Assembly: GCA_905178155.1 (NCBI GenBank) | Contig: CAJINV010000001.1 | Coordinates: 14,381,379-14,445,378 of the forward strand | Origin: Amoebophrya sp. A120 | Taxonomy: Eukaryota; Protista; Dinoflagellata | Direction of reading: 5' to 3' | Length of the DNA: 64,000 nucleotides | Part shown: positions 1 through 13,349 of the stretch, piece after piece | Position numbering within the stretch: the first letter of the stretch is position 1 | Layout of the letters: every line of letters begins with the position of its first letter | The notes under the pieces: generated by a model | Database searches by the model: none | What the model saw: the letters and a program-made list of their open reading frames with translations, nothing else | What the model was told of the DNA's origin: nothing | Made by a program: the position numbers and the translations under genes

Positions 1-60
1 GGTTGCCCTATATGGTAACGGCAACTGCCTTCGCGCTGCGTTTGCTAAGCAATATCGCAA

Positions 61-111
61 GCGCGCAGAGCGCGCGCGCCGGCTTCGTGGGCCGGCGCGC
101 GCTCTGCGCGC
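61..111. repeat. GC-rich hairpin (inverted repeat)
   Basis: gcgcgcagagcgcgcgcgccggc / gccggcgcgcgctctgcgcgc are near-perfect reverse complements around a 7-nt loop. Confidence 0.7.
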
Positions 112-186
112 GCGCGCGCACGCATTTGGTTACCAGATCAGACATGGAAACCGCGAAACAGCCTTCTGCTACTGCATCATGGACAA

Positions 187-2576
187 TCACAAAAAATTTG
201 AAACTAATTTCAAAGTCTCATCAATACTGACGTGCGTCTTGGCATCTAGTGCTATGAGTTCCATGCGCTGGTCTGGTTGTATGCCGAGGAAGTCGAGGAG
301 TTCGCGCAAAAGTGCGACGTGCGGGCCGCTTGGCGGCAGTTCGTCGGGTTTTTCCTCCTCTTCGTCCTCGTACTCCTCTCCTGTGAGCATCATGGTCTTG
401 TTGGTCAGCAGCTTTGACAAATACACGTCGTCCTTGATGCGCTCGATGTAGCTTTCGAAGGTCTTTCTCCATTTGCGTTTTCGCGCTTCCTCCTCTTCCC
501 GTAGCCTCTTTGCCTCTAGCAGTGCCTGCGCTTGCCTTTCCTGCTCGAGGATCTTCAGCTCACCTGGAGAGGGAGGGATTTTCGATTTTGTTTCTGTGTC
601 GATGTTTGCTGCAAAAAAAAACTACTTATTTTGACTTTATCAACAGCACATGCATTGTTGAAATTGCCTGAAATTAGAATTATCGCTCTCGTGTTCCAGC
701 TGCACATGTTCATCAAGAACATCTTAATATTCTGTAGTTAACGACACTCGAAAAGTTTATGTTTGATGTTCTGAGGTATATTGTGTCGATCTTACCGACT
801 TTGAGCTTCGAATATCGCATCAGGTCCTCCGCCAGCACCTTTCTCGCAAACCACTTCCAAAAGGACTGGAAATTGGTGGTACCGCCCTCGTCCTCGATAA
901 TGTTCCACTTTTTTGGAATGATTTCATGGTCCCGCAAGTACCCTTCGACCTGCAGCGTTTCATCGATAGCAGCAATCAGGCGTGGCATCTCATCGACCAG
1001 CACTTTTCCGCCCTTCTGAAAGCCCGCGAAAACCTGTTTTGTTTTTGAGCATGTGAGTTAATCTTAATAGCAGAAGCGTTGCTATAGCCAACAGGTAAAA
1101 CAATCAAAGGACGGCGTCGACGTGCTGCACACGGTGCACTTATCTTCTATGGTTTTGCTTTTGATTTTGTAGAGGACCACTTCGCTAGTGGAGCACGGCG
1201 GAATCCCGAACCCAAAAACAATAGCAAGTAGGAGCTGCTGAATAGTTATAGTAAAATTGAGCCTACAATACCTTTTGCATCTGTCCTTTTTTTCTCAACA
1301 TTTCTCGTCTGCCCTTCTCGAAGTCTGCCCAGTCCGCGAATGAGTTTTCCTTTTTCGCTTGGTACAGAAAGTTGGTTTTCTTTCGCACCAGAAATTGTCC
1401 AATCCAGTTGCAGGGGTTAAAACGGTAGTAGAGCTGTCAAGTACAATTGTGGACTCAACTTCTTCAAGTTCAAATTCTAACCAGGCATGGCATTGGTGCC
1501 AGCGAGAAAAAACTAGAGATGCAATCCTCGTCTTCATGTCAAGAAAGGCAAATGAAAAAGCTCCGAATCCGGTAGAAAAAAATCCGAATCCAGCCGATGA
1601 TGATGCGCATCAGAAGCATACCGTAGGACTGGCGTCTTTCCTCTGGTGCCTTTGGTGTATGATCTTCGTGAGCTGCTCCAGCGCCAATGCGAGAAGTGGC
1701 GCGAGCGTTTCCCCGATGTAAATGTCAAAGTCAGCGAGTTGCGCTTGTCGACCTGAGATGAATTCGCGTTGGTTCATCGTACTAGGGTTGCCATACTACA
1801 TTAAATCAGGTGGAGAAAGTGGAACCAGTCGAAGTGAACTGGAGTGTCAACTTCACGAGGACGTGAAGTTAGGCACGCATCATCATGATCTTCTTCATCT
1901 TGTTCATGAGTGGAAAAAATATTCTTCTGATTTCCCGTACCTGATTTTGTTTCTGCAGATCCTTGGAATTCCTTCTTCCAGTCTTTGCGCAGGTACTTCA
2001 TAAAGAAATTGCGGTCGAGCACAAAGTCTGTTGGTATGCCCATCAGGGGCGCGCTGCTGCTCGACGACGTTGACGTACCATTTCCACTCGTGGAAACGCG
2101 AGCCTCTGGCGCGGCCGCCATCTTGTCCTGCTACTCAAGTAGATGAATGTGAAAGAGCAACACAACCTGACCCCGAGAACGCTCTTGCAAGCGGTTTGCA
2201 GAGGAGATGTCAAGCGGGGTTCTCTGCAGCGATTCTACTAAACGGGATCGGTCAAGGGTGGCAGGAATCAAGAAGACACACCCCACCTTTCGGTCCTCTT
2301 CGTGTCCGGTTTCCACGATCGGCCAAGAACTGAGACGGGCTCCAGATTCTTTCTATTGTGATGCTCGCGTGTTCGCCAGCAGAAGCACCGCAGACGACAC
2401 TCGTGAACCGAGCTGGAGCAAAGTCCCGTTTGTATTTCGTGTATCACTTCAAGATGTCCTCGTCCTGACGCCCCATTTGTTTGGTGGTAGTAGATGAAGG
2501 TTGCGTCTGCCTGAATACGAGGCAACGCAACCTCTCGCAAGCGTACTACTTTTCGTTTTCCAATAGCCAAATGCAA
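187..2576 (-). CDS. Multi-exon protein of unknown function with Dpy-30/RIIa-like motif (boundaries approximate, may run off the window)
   Basis: Minus-strand exon-like segments at ~187-560, 780-1015, 1380-1420, 1620-1795 and 1960-2130 separated by AT-rich introns; YIGETLAPLLALALEQL...FNPCNWIGQFLVR resembles a Dpy-30 motif. Confidence 0.4.
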
Positions 2577-3794
2577 GACGTGCAGCCTACTAGCGGGTAC
2601 TAATTACAAATGTATGTATCGTAAAAACGCAGATCATCACTATTCGAGGCTGATGACCATTGGCGACCGCGAGCATGCACACTCTCGCTCTGTCCACTCC
2701 TGCTCGTCACGATTTTAATGTTCCCTCCGGGTGTCTACGCGACGCGAAAGCGATCACTCCACCTTCTTTTTTTCAACAACACCCCCGGCAACTTCACACG
2801 ATCGATATACTCTTCCGGAAGACGCTCCTCTCGCTTTGTCACTTCCACGACATCTTTCGAAAACGACGATTCATTCCACTTCCATCTACTTGGGAACATT
2901 CATTTAATGAGTTCGCCGGCGGGAGTCTAAACAATCAGATACGAACTCGAGAAGCTGAGGGTCCTCCATTGCAACTTCTGTTGACAAAGTCAAACTATAG
3001 TCCCTGCTTTGCGAGTTCGGATGTCCCTGCGCGAAATAAAACAAGCACGGCTAACATAGTGCCGCGAGCGAAACCACTCAGTGTTCTTTGGGGGTAGATG
3101 AAATGGATCTCATACTTGTTCTCGAAAGTAGGCAAACGATCCTTCGCCAGTTGTTTGGAATTTGTGGGAAGAAAAGCTTGAAAGAAAGCGAGAGAAGCAA
3201 AAGCAAAGGGAAAGGGAAACTTCAACTTCTACGTATTCGTCGCTCTGTACAACTTTCGGTGACGGAGTCGGAGTGTATCGGTCCCTTAGCATTACGAAGT
3301 ACAGCAACCTTGGAAGACGTAAAAGAAGAGAATACGAGCAAAACATTCGGTTTAGAAAGATAGAACCACTCAAAAACAAAACCTTCCTTACGACGAGTAG
3401 AACTGGGACTGCTACTGCAGGCATGGTCGCTGCCGCAGCTGTATTCTCGCTGTGCGAAGTACTCCCTACGGATACAGCACACGTCACCAGACATGCTGAT
3501 GCTTCTTGATAGAAGATGTGGTTAATCTTAATGTCGCTGTGCATCAAATTTCAACATACTTTTGTTGGATTTATTGCCGTTAGTTTGTTCCAAATTGCTG
3601 TAGCTGTATTCTCGACGTGTACTACCTACTGCGGAATCATTCAGGGTCGAAGTGATGTGAAGATGGTAATGACATTGGGTGAAAAGCAGTCGCATTCCGC
3701 TGGGTACTTACGCTGGACGAGCAGAGGAAATTTAGTTTTAGAACTGCACTTCGAATTCCTCCTTTCCTTCGCTTGAACACAACTTGCGAAACAA

Positions 3795-5764
3795 CTATGC
3801 GCCGAGCACTGCGAGCATGCTCATGGACACAAAGCCGATCAGCAAAGCGAGCAACCGTGTTCCACTTTCCGTGGGAGTGGCAGAGCCGATAGACAGCGCA
3901 GAGGGAATGAGTTCGTTGACCGCGATCTGCAAGAACGTGCCGGCAGTAAGCGAAGAACAGACCGCGGGCCAGGCCGCGCCGTCGGCGTCCCCGAGCGACA
4001 TGCCGATTATCGCCCCCAGGGGTGTGGAGAACGCGAACACCTGTGTGAAAATGAGAAACCGGGTTCGCGCTTTGTTACATGTCGCGTCCTGCACGATAAG
4101 TTGCGTTTCCTCCAATGCGAGCTCGTTTTGGGTGGTGAGCAGCGGTGCCTCCAGTGGCTTCCCGGCTGGGGAGTTGGAGGAAGTGCCCGGTCTTGAGGCG
4201 GATTTTTTCCTCTTGCCAAACGGCGAAGTGGCCCATCTTACCACCGGGAGGTTGGAAATCCGCGGGCCCAGCAGGGAACTGACTCCCGAAGGCAGCAGCG
4301 ATCCGAGTGTCACGCGCGCGTCGGGAAGGTCGCAGCGTCCAGCGAGATTGCCTGCGCTTTCGGCGCCAGGTCCGCAGCCGCACGCAGCGACGACTTGGGG
4401 TGATTTCACTACTTGCAGCGAAGCGCCAGGGTCCTGCTTTGATGGTGTCGAGGCCGCGTGGTTTATTATTCTGTTTTTGTTCTCGGAAGTTAGTTCTTGC
4501 TGGAAGGTGCTGCGCCCGAGGACCTGTGTCATCACGCAAGCATCACCACCGTGTTCGCTTTCGCCTTCTGCTCCTTCGTCGGAGGACGACCCGGAGCCCC
4601 CATCTGTAGCAGCCTTACCTCCGCCCTGTGTCACTTCTACGGTCAGCAGCGTTTGTCCGAGCGCGAAGGCTGCCAGCCCCTTGTGTGCAACGATCGCGAT
4701 CATCGTGGAGAGGGCGAGGGAAGCCTTTTGCGCGCTGCCGAGACCCAACCCCTCCAGCACACTGTGCACCATCAGAGCAGAGAACAAAAGCGTCGCTTTG
4801 ACGATGCCAAGCTGTTCGGCACTGACATCCCGGCAGTCTTCAGCGTTGATCGCCTGACCGCCCACTTCCCCGCAAAACTTGGCATCGGAAAGTGCTTGCT
4901 GCGCTTCCGATTGCTTTGTTGCAAGCTTTGATCTCTCGAAAGCCACGGCTCGCTTGCCTGCCGTTGCGGGTGAAAGAGAACTAATTGGAGCGGTACCTCC
5001 GACCTCCAGATCTACGACCTCCCCGCTAGCGATCAGCTTTGCAGATATCCGTCGCTCTGTTGCCGTCTCTGTGGCTGCGATGGTTGGTTCTGTTTTATTT
5101 TGTTTTCGTCTTTTTTTCTCAGTTCGTTATGATTCTGAAATTCTGCTGAGTTTTGGTTTTCATCTTCGAGCTAAACTTGCTCATTTTCAATCATCAAAGG
5201 CATCTCTAGAAGAACATTGGTCTTGCGCACCCGCAGCTACGCAGGCACCCTCAGCTACGCAGTTCTTGCAGATGGTCGTCGTCGTGAGAGAGATGGTGAC
5301 TAGAACACAGACTAAGTAGACTAGCAGCTGCAGCACCAGTTGAGGAAAACGAAAATGATAAAAATCTAGTAAGTACCACTCTCAAGGCTTTTGCCCCCCG
5401 TTTCAACATCGTTGACCGACGCTTCTCTACTTGTTGCTTTCTTTCCCGAGGCGGCGTTGCTGAGGCCGATGATCCCGCCAACGAAGATTTCGAGTCCGAA
5501 GAGCAAAATGTAGGATACGCCTCCCAAAATTGGCGCACCGAGGCCGATGTCGCCGATCGCGTCGGGGAGGACATGGACTAGCGCAACGCTCAACAGCACG
5601 CCCCCAGCTAGGCAGTTCGCACGCTTTACCAACCGATTTCCCTCCGGCGTTCGCGCATACTCTTGCAGACACCAGCTTGCAATGATACCCGCGTACGCAA
5701 CAACGATGGTCCCAATAATACCAACGATCTTTATGATAACCAGGCTGTGCTGGTCCTCCTCCAT
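3795..5764 (-). CDS. ZIP family (Zrt/Irt-like) zinc/iron transporter, multi-exon
   Basis: N-terminal ANCLAGGVLLSVALVHVLPDA (ORF 5366-5797), His-rich HHLSHDDDH segment, ZIP signatures ALMVHSVLEGLGLG, IVAHKGLAAFALG, STPLGAIIG and AGTFLQIAVNELIP (ORF 3795-4946). Confidence 0.9.
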
Positions 5765-6957
5765 CTTTGTCTCTAGAGCTCGCCGCAATAGAGGCACCTA
5801 TTCAGCAAAATGACACGACACGGACGTCTCAACATCTCTTTCGAATAGTTTTTTCGTCTTTATTTTTATAATCATACTTCGGCTTCGTTATAGGCAACGA
5901 AGATGGGGCGTACTAGATCGATGAATGCATGGATTTCTACTGTTTCATCCAATTGAATCACTCATCCTGTTTTCGTGTGTGGGATCCTGAAGAGTTCTCG
6001 GTAGATTTCACGCAAGAGGCGCTTAGATTTCGACTTTATCCCCCCAAGCTGATGCGATGGAGGGAAGTTCGTCTCATAGGAGATGAAGATGTACGTTCGT
6101 TCTTCGGGTAATAAATGTCGAGATGAATTTTTTACTCGTATCTCCAACAAAGCGCTTTGCAATTCCAATTGCATCATGCAAGAAGTAGAATCTGAACGTG
6201 AAGAACTAGAACTACACTCCACACCTCACCACTCAATTTTAGTATTTTGTCTCCGCTTGACAATTCCACAACTCAGAGAAGTTAGGACAGTCCTTGAATC
6301 AGGGCGGCATGGAACCAGTGTTGATCGACACGCTCTTGCGAAGTGATAAAGCTATAGTACCATTACAACCTTCCAGATCGCGGGTCAGCCGCCCGAACAC
6401 AAAAAGGGGAGCATACTTTTCTAATTTCTTTTTGCTGATGTCCCGGTGGTCATTTACATTTCCAATACACTGCTTCTGATCGTGATCGTCCGCGATCGCT
6501 TTGATTCTTTTTTATGCTTGACGAGCTGTCAGTGTGATATAAAGAGGCTTCAAATAAATTTCGTTTTTGGCAGGGCCTATCAGGAGGAGGTGGGGTGGAA
6601 AAACATAGTTTGTTGTCTCAAACATTCGTACTCATTCGGCCATGATGTTTCAGTCTGATTTGATATCGATGATCGTCCTCGTCTTGTTTCTCTTCTAGGA
6701 CTAGGGATCGAGGACATGATTGAAAATAGTAGTTTTCTTCGTGCTATTCGACTGTACCATCAACACGATTCTTGAGTTTATATTTCTGCATACGAGCCAC
6801 CGAATGTCAAAAATAAGTAATTCATTGCGACGAAGAGGGAGAGCGATGTTGCCCCACCAGGTCGAAGTCGGTAATTATAGTGTCGGAGTAGCAGTAGCCA
6901 CAGTCACCAGAGACGAGTCTTCTACACGAGGGAACAGCGCCCAAGTCTTTATTCGCG

Positions 6958-9900
6958 TCATTCTTCTACATCCATGCGATCTGGGGAACCAGCAGGTGCA
7001 GGAGCTCCTTCACCTTTATTTGAGTTGTCTTTTTTATGTTTCCTTTTCCCGCCGCAACGCTTCTTCAACGACTTGCTAGCGGGTTCGCCACCAGCCACGT
7101 TGACGAATTGGTAACGTTTCGGGACCACGTCGACTGCAGAATCAACATCCATCGTCAGACTCCCTGGATGGCAAACATTCGACGTCGCAGAATTATCGTC
7201 TCCCGGAGACATCGCACTATCAGGACTGGCAGCTGCTGAAGTGGAGGCCGAACTTGACGAAGACGAGGGGCCCACGAAGTTTGTGCTGCTGCTGCTGCTG
7301 CTGGACGGATACATCGCACTCTGTAGCAATTTCGCCTTTATTTCTTGTTCTTTCTTTTTCTTTTCGCGTTCGCGATTGAGGCGCTTTTGCTTCCGTTCAA
7401 CTTTCAGCCACTGATAGAATGTTGCTTGGCGTGCCCGCTGCAATGTGACTCGGCCGCCCTTAGGAGCTTTTTTTTGAGACTTCTTGTCGTTCGTCTTGAT
7501 GCACTTCGCTCCTGCAGCAGCTCCTTGAACAAGGTTCTGACAATGATTGTGATGCTTTCCACTATCCCACGTGGTAACTCCCCCTACCCCGGTTTTTCAT
7601 CGTTTTTCAAACTATTGAGCAGGTCTGAAAAATAAAAAAACGCGACCCGGTCACATGATCCGAGCGTGTGGACCTGAGCGACAGACTCTGTGCACTAGCT
7701 AGGGAAAAAGCGGACGATGAGAAGCGACCTTGTGCACACTAGCCATTTTATCCGAACCATGTGAGATAGCTAGCAACTTTTACTTTATCATACATGAGCC
7801 ATCCGAAATTTGCTTCCAGCAAAATGCTCATGTCCGAAATCCGTGGATCTCGGATCTCGAGTTCAAGTCGAGATCCGAGATCTGCGGTTTCTGCGGATCC
7901 GAAAACTATTGAGCAGGTCAAAAAAAATAAAAACTTGAACAGCTCAATCGTTTTACTTACAATTGCAAAAACATGCACTCCCTAAACGTGGAGCATACCG
8001 GGCAAGTTCATACTGCGCCCCCGAACAAACTTGGAAACTCTGCTGCCATCATGCAGCAGATAGTTTGGCCGAGCCGGTTTCTGAGCATACCATGCATGTT
8101 CGTATTGAACCCCCGACGGAGAACCCAAATCGACCCAAACCAAAAACCATAACGATCATTCGCTTTATTTTTTTGTCGTTTTTGTGCTGCGAAAAATCCA
8201 GGAAAATCCTCGGGGTAGTGGTCCGAACATGCAGCGGACTGCGATTTTTTTCAAATCAGGTCCATTGCGCCAAAGTGCGCAACTTTTGTTGATTTTTGCA
8301 AATTGTGGGCCGGCTCATGATTTTTCATTCCACTAGAGCCGGCCCACCAGAATACTCGGAGCCGGGGCTTCAGAAGTTTGCTGAGCCTTTTGACCCAGAT
8401 AATGTAATATCATTAATGGCAATATTTATATATATATGCCCGCTGCGCGACATTCGGATGGCTCACGCTTGATAGTTTGCAACTTTCTAGCTATCTCACA
8501 TGGTTCGAATTAATTAGCTAGTGCGCACAGGGTACTACTTCATGGTCCGCTTTTTCCGCAGCTAGTGTACAGAATCTGAAGACGCTCGGGAACCGACGTC
8601 GGCATGTGTGAGCAGGTGCCGAAAAACAAAAAATCAAACCTGCGCAATAGTTTAAAAAACGATGAAATTCCGGGGTAGGGGTAGAAATTTCACTCCATAT
8701 CCACCGGGGCCAAGACCGCTCCCACCTACCACGCCAGCCACCTTGTTGATTCCATAGGCTAAGAAATGGAGCGCGTGCCGGACCAGCTCGACGCTCGGGG
8801 TGGGGACTTGCTTCTCCAGCAGCTCTTTTCCGGAAACATGGAGGGCGTACATGACTACATGCCGCTTATCCTCCAGGTGCTCGATCGCGTGGAGACGTTT
8901 TCTCGCCTCGGAGCACACCACCGCGTCCTGCTCGACCAAGTGGTACCGGGGGTCCAGCAAGGCCTTCACGTCCTCGCCGTCCGCTGGTGTTCCCTCGTTG
9001 CGACCGTGCTTGTAGATGTCCAGATACGGAAAAATCTCGTCCGGAATCTCGGCAAGCGGCGTCGCGCCCGTGTCGTCGCTCATCTCGACAGCCGAAGCGA
9101 AGCTCGTGTTTTGGCCAGCCGCGACCTCCCGCTGCTGCTCTCCTTCACCTCTCCTTGCAGCAGGCGAAAACGAAAAAGAATGGCTCGACGAGGCGACGGA
9201 GGACGTCGACTCTCCGCCGGTCAAGCCCGCGAGCACCCGGTTGGCGTCGATGTAAAAGCACTGCCACACACTCGGGTCTGCGTCCCGCTGGCCGTACAGA
9301 AAGGCCTTGCGATTTCCCGGGTCAGACAACTCCGCGCCGCTGGCCGCCTGCTGCTTGAAGTGCAGATCTAATGCCTCGAATTCGTACCAATGCACACCGT
9401 CCGCGGTGACGGGTCGCTTGCAGTCGCGAATGTGCTCGAACGTAATTGCGCACTGCTGATCCTGCGTGTTGTCATGTGCGTACCATGTCGCTGCCGTGAC
9501 GAGATAGCCGTTCACCCTGAGAGGATTCACTTTCCACGAGGACTCAATGCGCTTCTTCAAAAACTCGCGCTGCTTGTCATGGGGGAGCTTGGCGGAAAGC
9601 AAATCCAGTTTCTGCTCCAGCTTTGGGGGAAACGTCGTAAACTGAAACACCTTCAAATAGGCCTCAATGCGGCGCGCAGTTTGCGTCACCACGACGCAGT
9701 GGCAAACCTTTTTCAAGGAAGTTTTCTTATTTCCGACATCCTCGTTTCCTGTAGAAGTTTTATTCAAGCAGCACGCAGGATTCTTCTTCGGTCCCTTACA
9801 ATTCGCATCAAAATCCAAGTCTACGACCAAATCAAGACACAATGCGTCTCCGCCGGCGATGCCTTTCATCCGCTGGCATAGCGTCTCAAACTGGAGACTC

Positions 9901-12900
9901 CCCTCGGCCAAAAAGGTGTTCAACATATCCTTGAACTTGGTTTGCACTGCTGGAAAGTGCAGAATTGGGTAGTACTGCTGCCACAAAACTTTCTCCTTGT
10001 TTAGCAGAGTCGCGATAAGCTGCTTCTCAACCTTCTTCGCGGCCGAACTGTCTTTGCGCGCTTCGCAGCGTTTCAGGTCCTGTTTCAGTTGCTCGGTTTT
10101 CTCCTCTGCCTGTTTGGTACAGCCCTGGCTCTGATCGTGCTTGTTTTCGCCTTTTCCAGCAAAGCCGTGGCACTGGACGAACTTCAAATCCCGCTCCGCA
10201 TGCAGCACCTTCAACGCCCTGCGCCCGCGGGAACTCCCAGCGAGCTGTGCAAGTCTAGTTACGCGCGTTCGGTCGCTCTTCGGGATCTGTGCCCCTACGC
10301 CATGTCCCGCGGCGGCACTCTGGTTATTCCCAGCCGTAGTTGCGCTACTCGTCCCCGAATTTGTCGTTCCCGAAATGCCCGTCGTGGTTGTCCCAGTCTT
10401 GCCATTTTTCAACACGCGCCGCACCTTCTTTTTCCGATTCAGCACGTTGAGCTGAAACCTGCCGAGCAGTGCGGCGAAATTCCGTCCGCGAATGTTGGCG
10501 CCAGCCGTCCACGCGGAATTCTTGACGAAGAGCTTTTTTCCCGACGTTGGGGCAACTGCTTCTCCGGACGACATCGCGGAGGACGCTTCTCTGTTTGTTA
10601 CGCGGTCGCCCCGCCGGATCTGGTACTTGTCGATGCGGCGGAGCACTTTGCGCTTCTCGCTGGAGAGGAGATCAGAGACTCCAATCTCGGCTTCCCACTC
10701 GGAGGAACATTTCAACTCCCCCATGACACTAGCGAAAAAATCCGCGGCCTTCTTCGGCGTCATTATGCGGCACATTACGTCCAGAACTTCCGCCACGGAC
10801 ATGGGACGGGTAAGGCGACGGGGATCTTGTTGGTCAGCTTGAGTTGTACCCTTTTCCGGATGGGGATGAAACGAATGACGACATAAAGCAGAAGCATATC
10901 CTTGTCCTTTCGAGTAAAAAGCCTGAGTGCCGCTCTTGTCTGTTTCACTTTCATCGGGTCGTGATAAGGCCGGTGGGAAACACCACGAGAGCCATTTCAG
11001 CAGAGTGTTCGTGTGCTTCTCGACCAGCTCCTTTGTATCGTAGCCGTCATGACCCGGGTTGTTCGGGACAACTTCGGACAGGTGTCGCCAGAGCGCACGG
11101 AACAGCGCCTGCACAAAATCAAAATATCCGGTACAAAAATTCCGGTGTCCTTGCTGACAGGCAGTGTGGTGTTTCTGGGTCGCTGCAAAAAAATCGGAAC
11201 TGGACCCAAAATTGTTGTCGGACCGGAAAGCTACTGCAGAAGTAGATGACAAAGCTTGATGCTGTCCGGAACTGTTTGCTTTTTGGCCACATGCCGCAGA
11301 GCCTTGCTTGCGTTTCTTCTTGGACGACACACCGTTCACGTCTGGTTCCCGAAAAGCCATCAAACGAGCCATCGAACTGTGCTTGCTGAGCCAGTACAGA
11401 TCCAAACACGCCTGATCCCCGAACTGATGCACGACCATGGGAGACGCGGAAAGACAACCTGAGGATGGCGACGGCGCCGGCTTCAATCCGTCACCGTTTT
11501 GCGCTGCAGCTTGTCCCCCCGCGACGTTATCTGACAGGATATTCTGTTGCTCCGGGCACTTCTGTCCTTTTGTTTTCGTTTTGTCTTTCAAGAGCAAAGC
11601 CTCGCTCCAAAACGCTTTGCAGTGCAGCACTGCGTCCGCAGCCTGTGGCCCGAAAAAATTACCACATGGACCAGCCAGTATCTGCTGTTGGGGAGCGGTG
11701 CCCAGGTCACGTCTTTTCGCGTACCGGGAGAGATAGGGGAGCACGAGAGCCAGGCTGTTTGGCAAGATCGGCATCTTGTCTAATATTTGCATCAGAGTCA
11801 CGTACTTGGCCCCGATGTAGCCTCTCGCTTTCGGATTTGATTTCTCCTGCTTGTTGTTCTTCGTTTTGTTCTTTTGGCCGTTTGTGCAGCCGCCCGATGT
11901 TGTCGGGAGCGCTGTCTTGCCGTCGCCCAATTTCCGCAAAACGCGGTAAAGCTCTGCCACGTACACCAAGTGCGGAAAGAGGGAATCTGGTAAAACGCCG
12001 TGACTTTGCAGCTGAATGCAGGTGTGCAATTGCGACAAGTAAGAGCTGTGAAATTCCGCAGATACTCCCTGCGAGAAAAAGCGGCACAGGGGAAGTTGGA
12101 ACTGCACGTAGAGGCAGGGCGCCATCACGAGCAGTTGCTGTGTCACGGCATTCGTTCTCAGATCCGACACCGTGTGAAAAGTAAAGGCCGCATCGTCCGG
12201 AAGGGGGAGAAGAGTGAAATCGCGATTTTTGTCCTGCTCGGCGACTTTTTCACCGGATCCAGATGCGGGTGGCGGCTTGTTCCTCGCTTTCCTAAAATAC
12301 AGCGACACGTACATCCTGCCCCTATCCCACTGAACAAAAGCACACGACCCATCTTCCCCGACCTACGACGCAAAAGTCTTTTTATTTTTCTAAAAGCTTC
12401 AGCAGCGCAAGCCAAAGCGCAAGCGCTCCTCTCCTCGCATAATATGTCAGCGAGCGGAAGCGCCACTTCTCTTCAATAATAGAAAAATAAGCCATGCAAC
12501 AGCTGAAATGGCGAGACTACAGGAGGAGGTTTGTGTCACACTACAAGGGTGCATGGTGCTGTGCAAGAGTCTGCCCACGCAGCAAGACAAAACCTATACG
12601 ATTCAAATAACAATGTCGAAGCTGCTTATTCCTTGCAATACAAAAAGTGCAAAGCCTACTTGATTTTCTTTGCGTTGACGTGGGTCCATGAGCTTTTTTT
12701 CCATGCCGATAGCCAAAGCGCGAGTTCCCCTCTAGCTCTTCCTTGTTTTGCTGACCCAAAACTACGGCTTCTGTCTTGTTGGGAATGCAATTTATTTTCG
12801 GCAGTTCACAGGAAGACGCCAACTTCGGTTGTTCGCGCTCAAAAAGTTGCTGCGCTTCTTCCAGCAACCGCGTACGATGGGTTTCGATCTTCTGCCGCAG

Positions 12901-13119
12901 CTCTGCGCCCGTGGTGAAGAACCCAGATCCACCACACTGCCCGTTATTGGAAGGCTCGTACACTTCGAAGAGCAAGGGGCCGCTAGGCGACCACTCGCCC
13001 CCGTCCATGCCCACAGCCCTCAGCGACACGCCCACAGACGCAGGAGCCGCGACAGCCGAGGCTGGAGCTGGTGAAGAAGCGTTTACCATTTCAACGTCGC
13101 CGGTGTTCGTCTTCATCAT
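6958..13119 (-). CDS. Large protein (>1400 aa) with a U-box-like segment; last exon separated by TIR intron E1; 12541-13119 is a probable 5' exon
   Basis: 1220-aa ORF 8652-12314 joins ORF 6958-7443 in frame (..GPGG|KHHNHCQ..) after removing 7563-8699 plus one TSD copy (1142 nt); CAITFEHIRDCKRPVTADGVHWYEFEALDLHF..SDPGNRK resembles a U-box. Confidence 0.6.
7563..8699. mobile_element. TIR introner E1 (1137 bp, ~245-bp imperfect TIRs, TSD TCCAC)
   Basis: tccac|tatcccacgtgg...cactccata|tccac (TSD 7558-7562 and 8700-8704); long inverted arms include cccctaccccgg and cgaaccatgtgagatagctag. Confidence 0.9.
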
Positions 13120-13190
13120 TTTTGTCGCGTATGTAGTTTTTCTACAGCGTTTGTTCTTTCTCCTTGTTTTTCTCCCTGTTCAACTTCATC

Positions 13191-13349
13191 CAAAAGTAAT
13201 TTGATCTTCAGCTTCGATGCGAAAGTAGTTCTTTTTTTTTTCCATGCCTGGGCATGGCCATGGCGTCAAAGGTTCAAGGCCCCAAAAAAAAGAAGTAGTT
13301 TGATCTCCGTGTTCGCACGAGGGCCAAAAGTAGTTTGATCTTCAGCTTC
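13191..13349. repeat. Dispersed direct repeats aaagtagtttgatcttcagcttc upstream of a gene
   Basis: 25-bp copies at 13191-13215 and 13325-13349 (1 mismatch), partial copies near 13221 and 13293. Confidence 0.7.

Noticed and set aside
3784-4931. Long plus-strand ORFs overlapping genes (e.g. 3784-4857; likewise 10089-10886 and 50684-51454)
   Set aside because: Antisense shadows of well-supported minus-strand genes
7571-8693. Initial reading of E1 as a GTG..CAC (Transib/MULE-like) element
   Set aside because: Boundaries 7563-8699 give a perfect 5-bp TSD, TA ends like the other nine elements, and frame restoration
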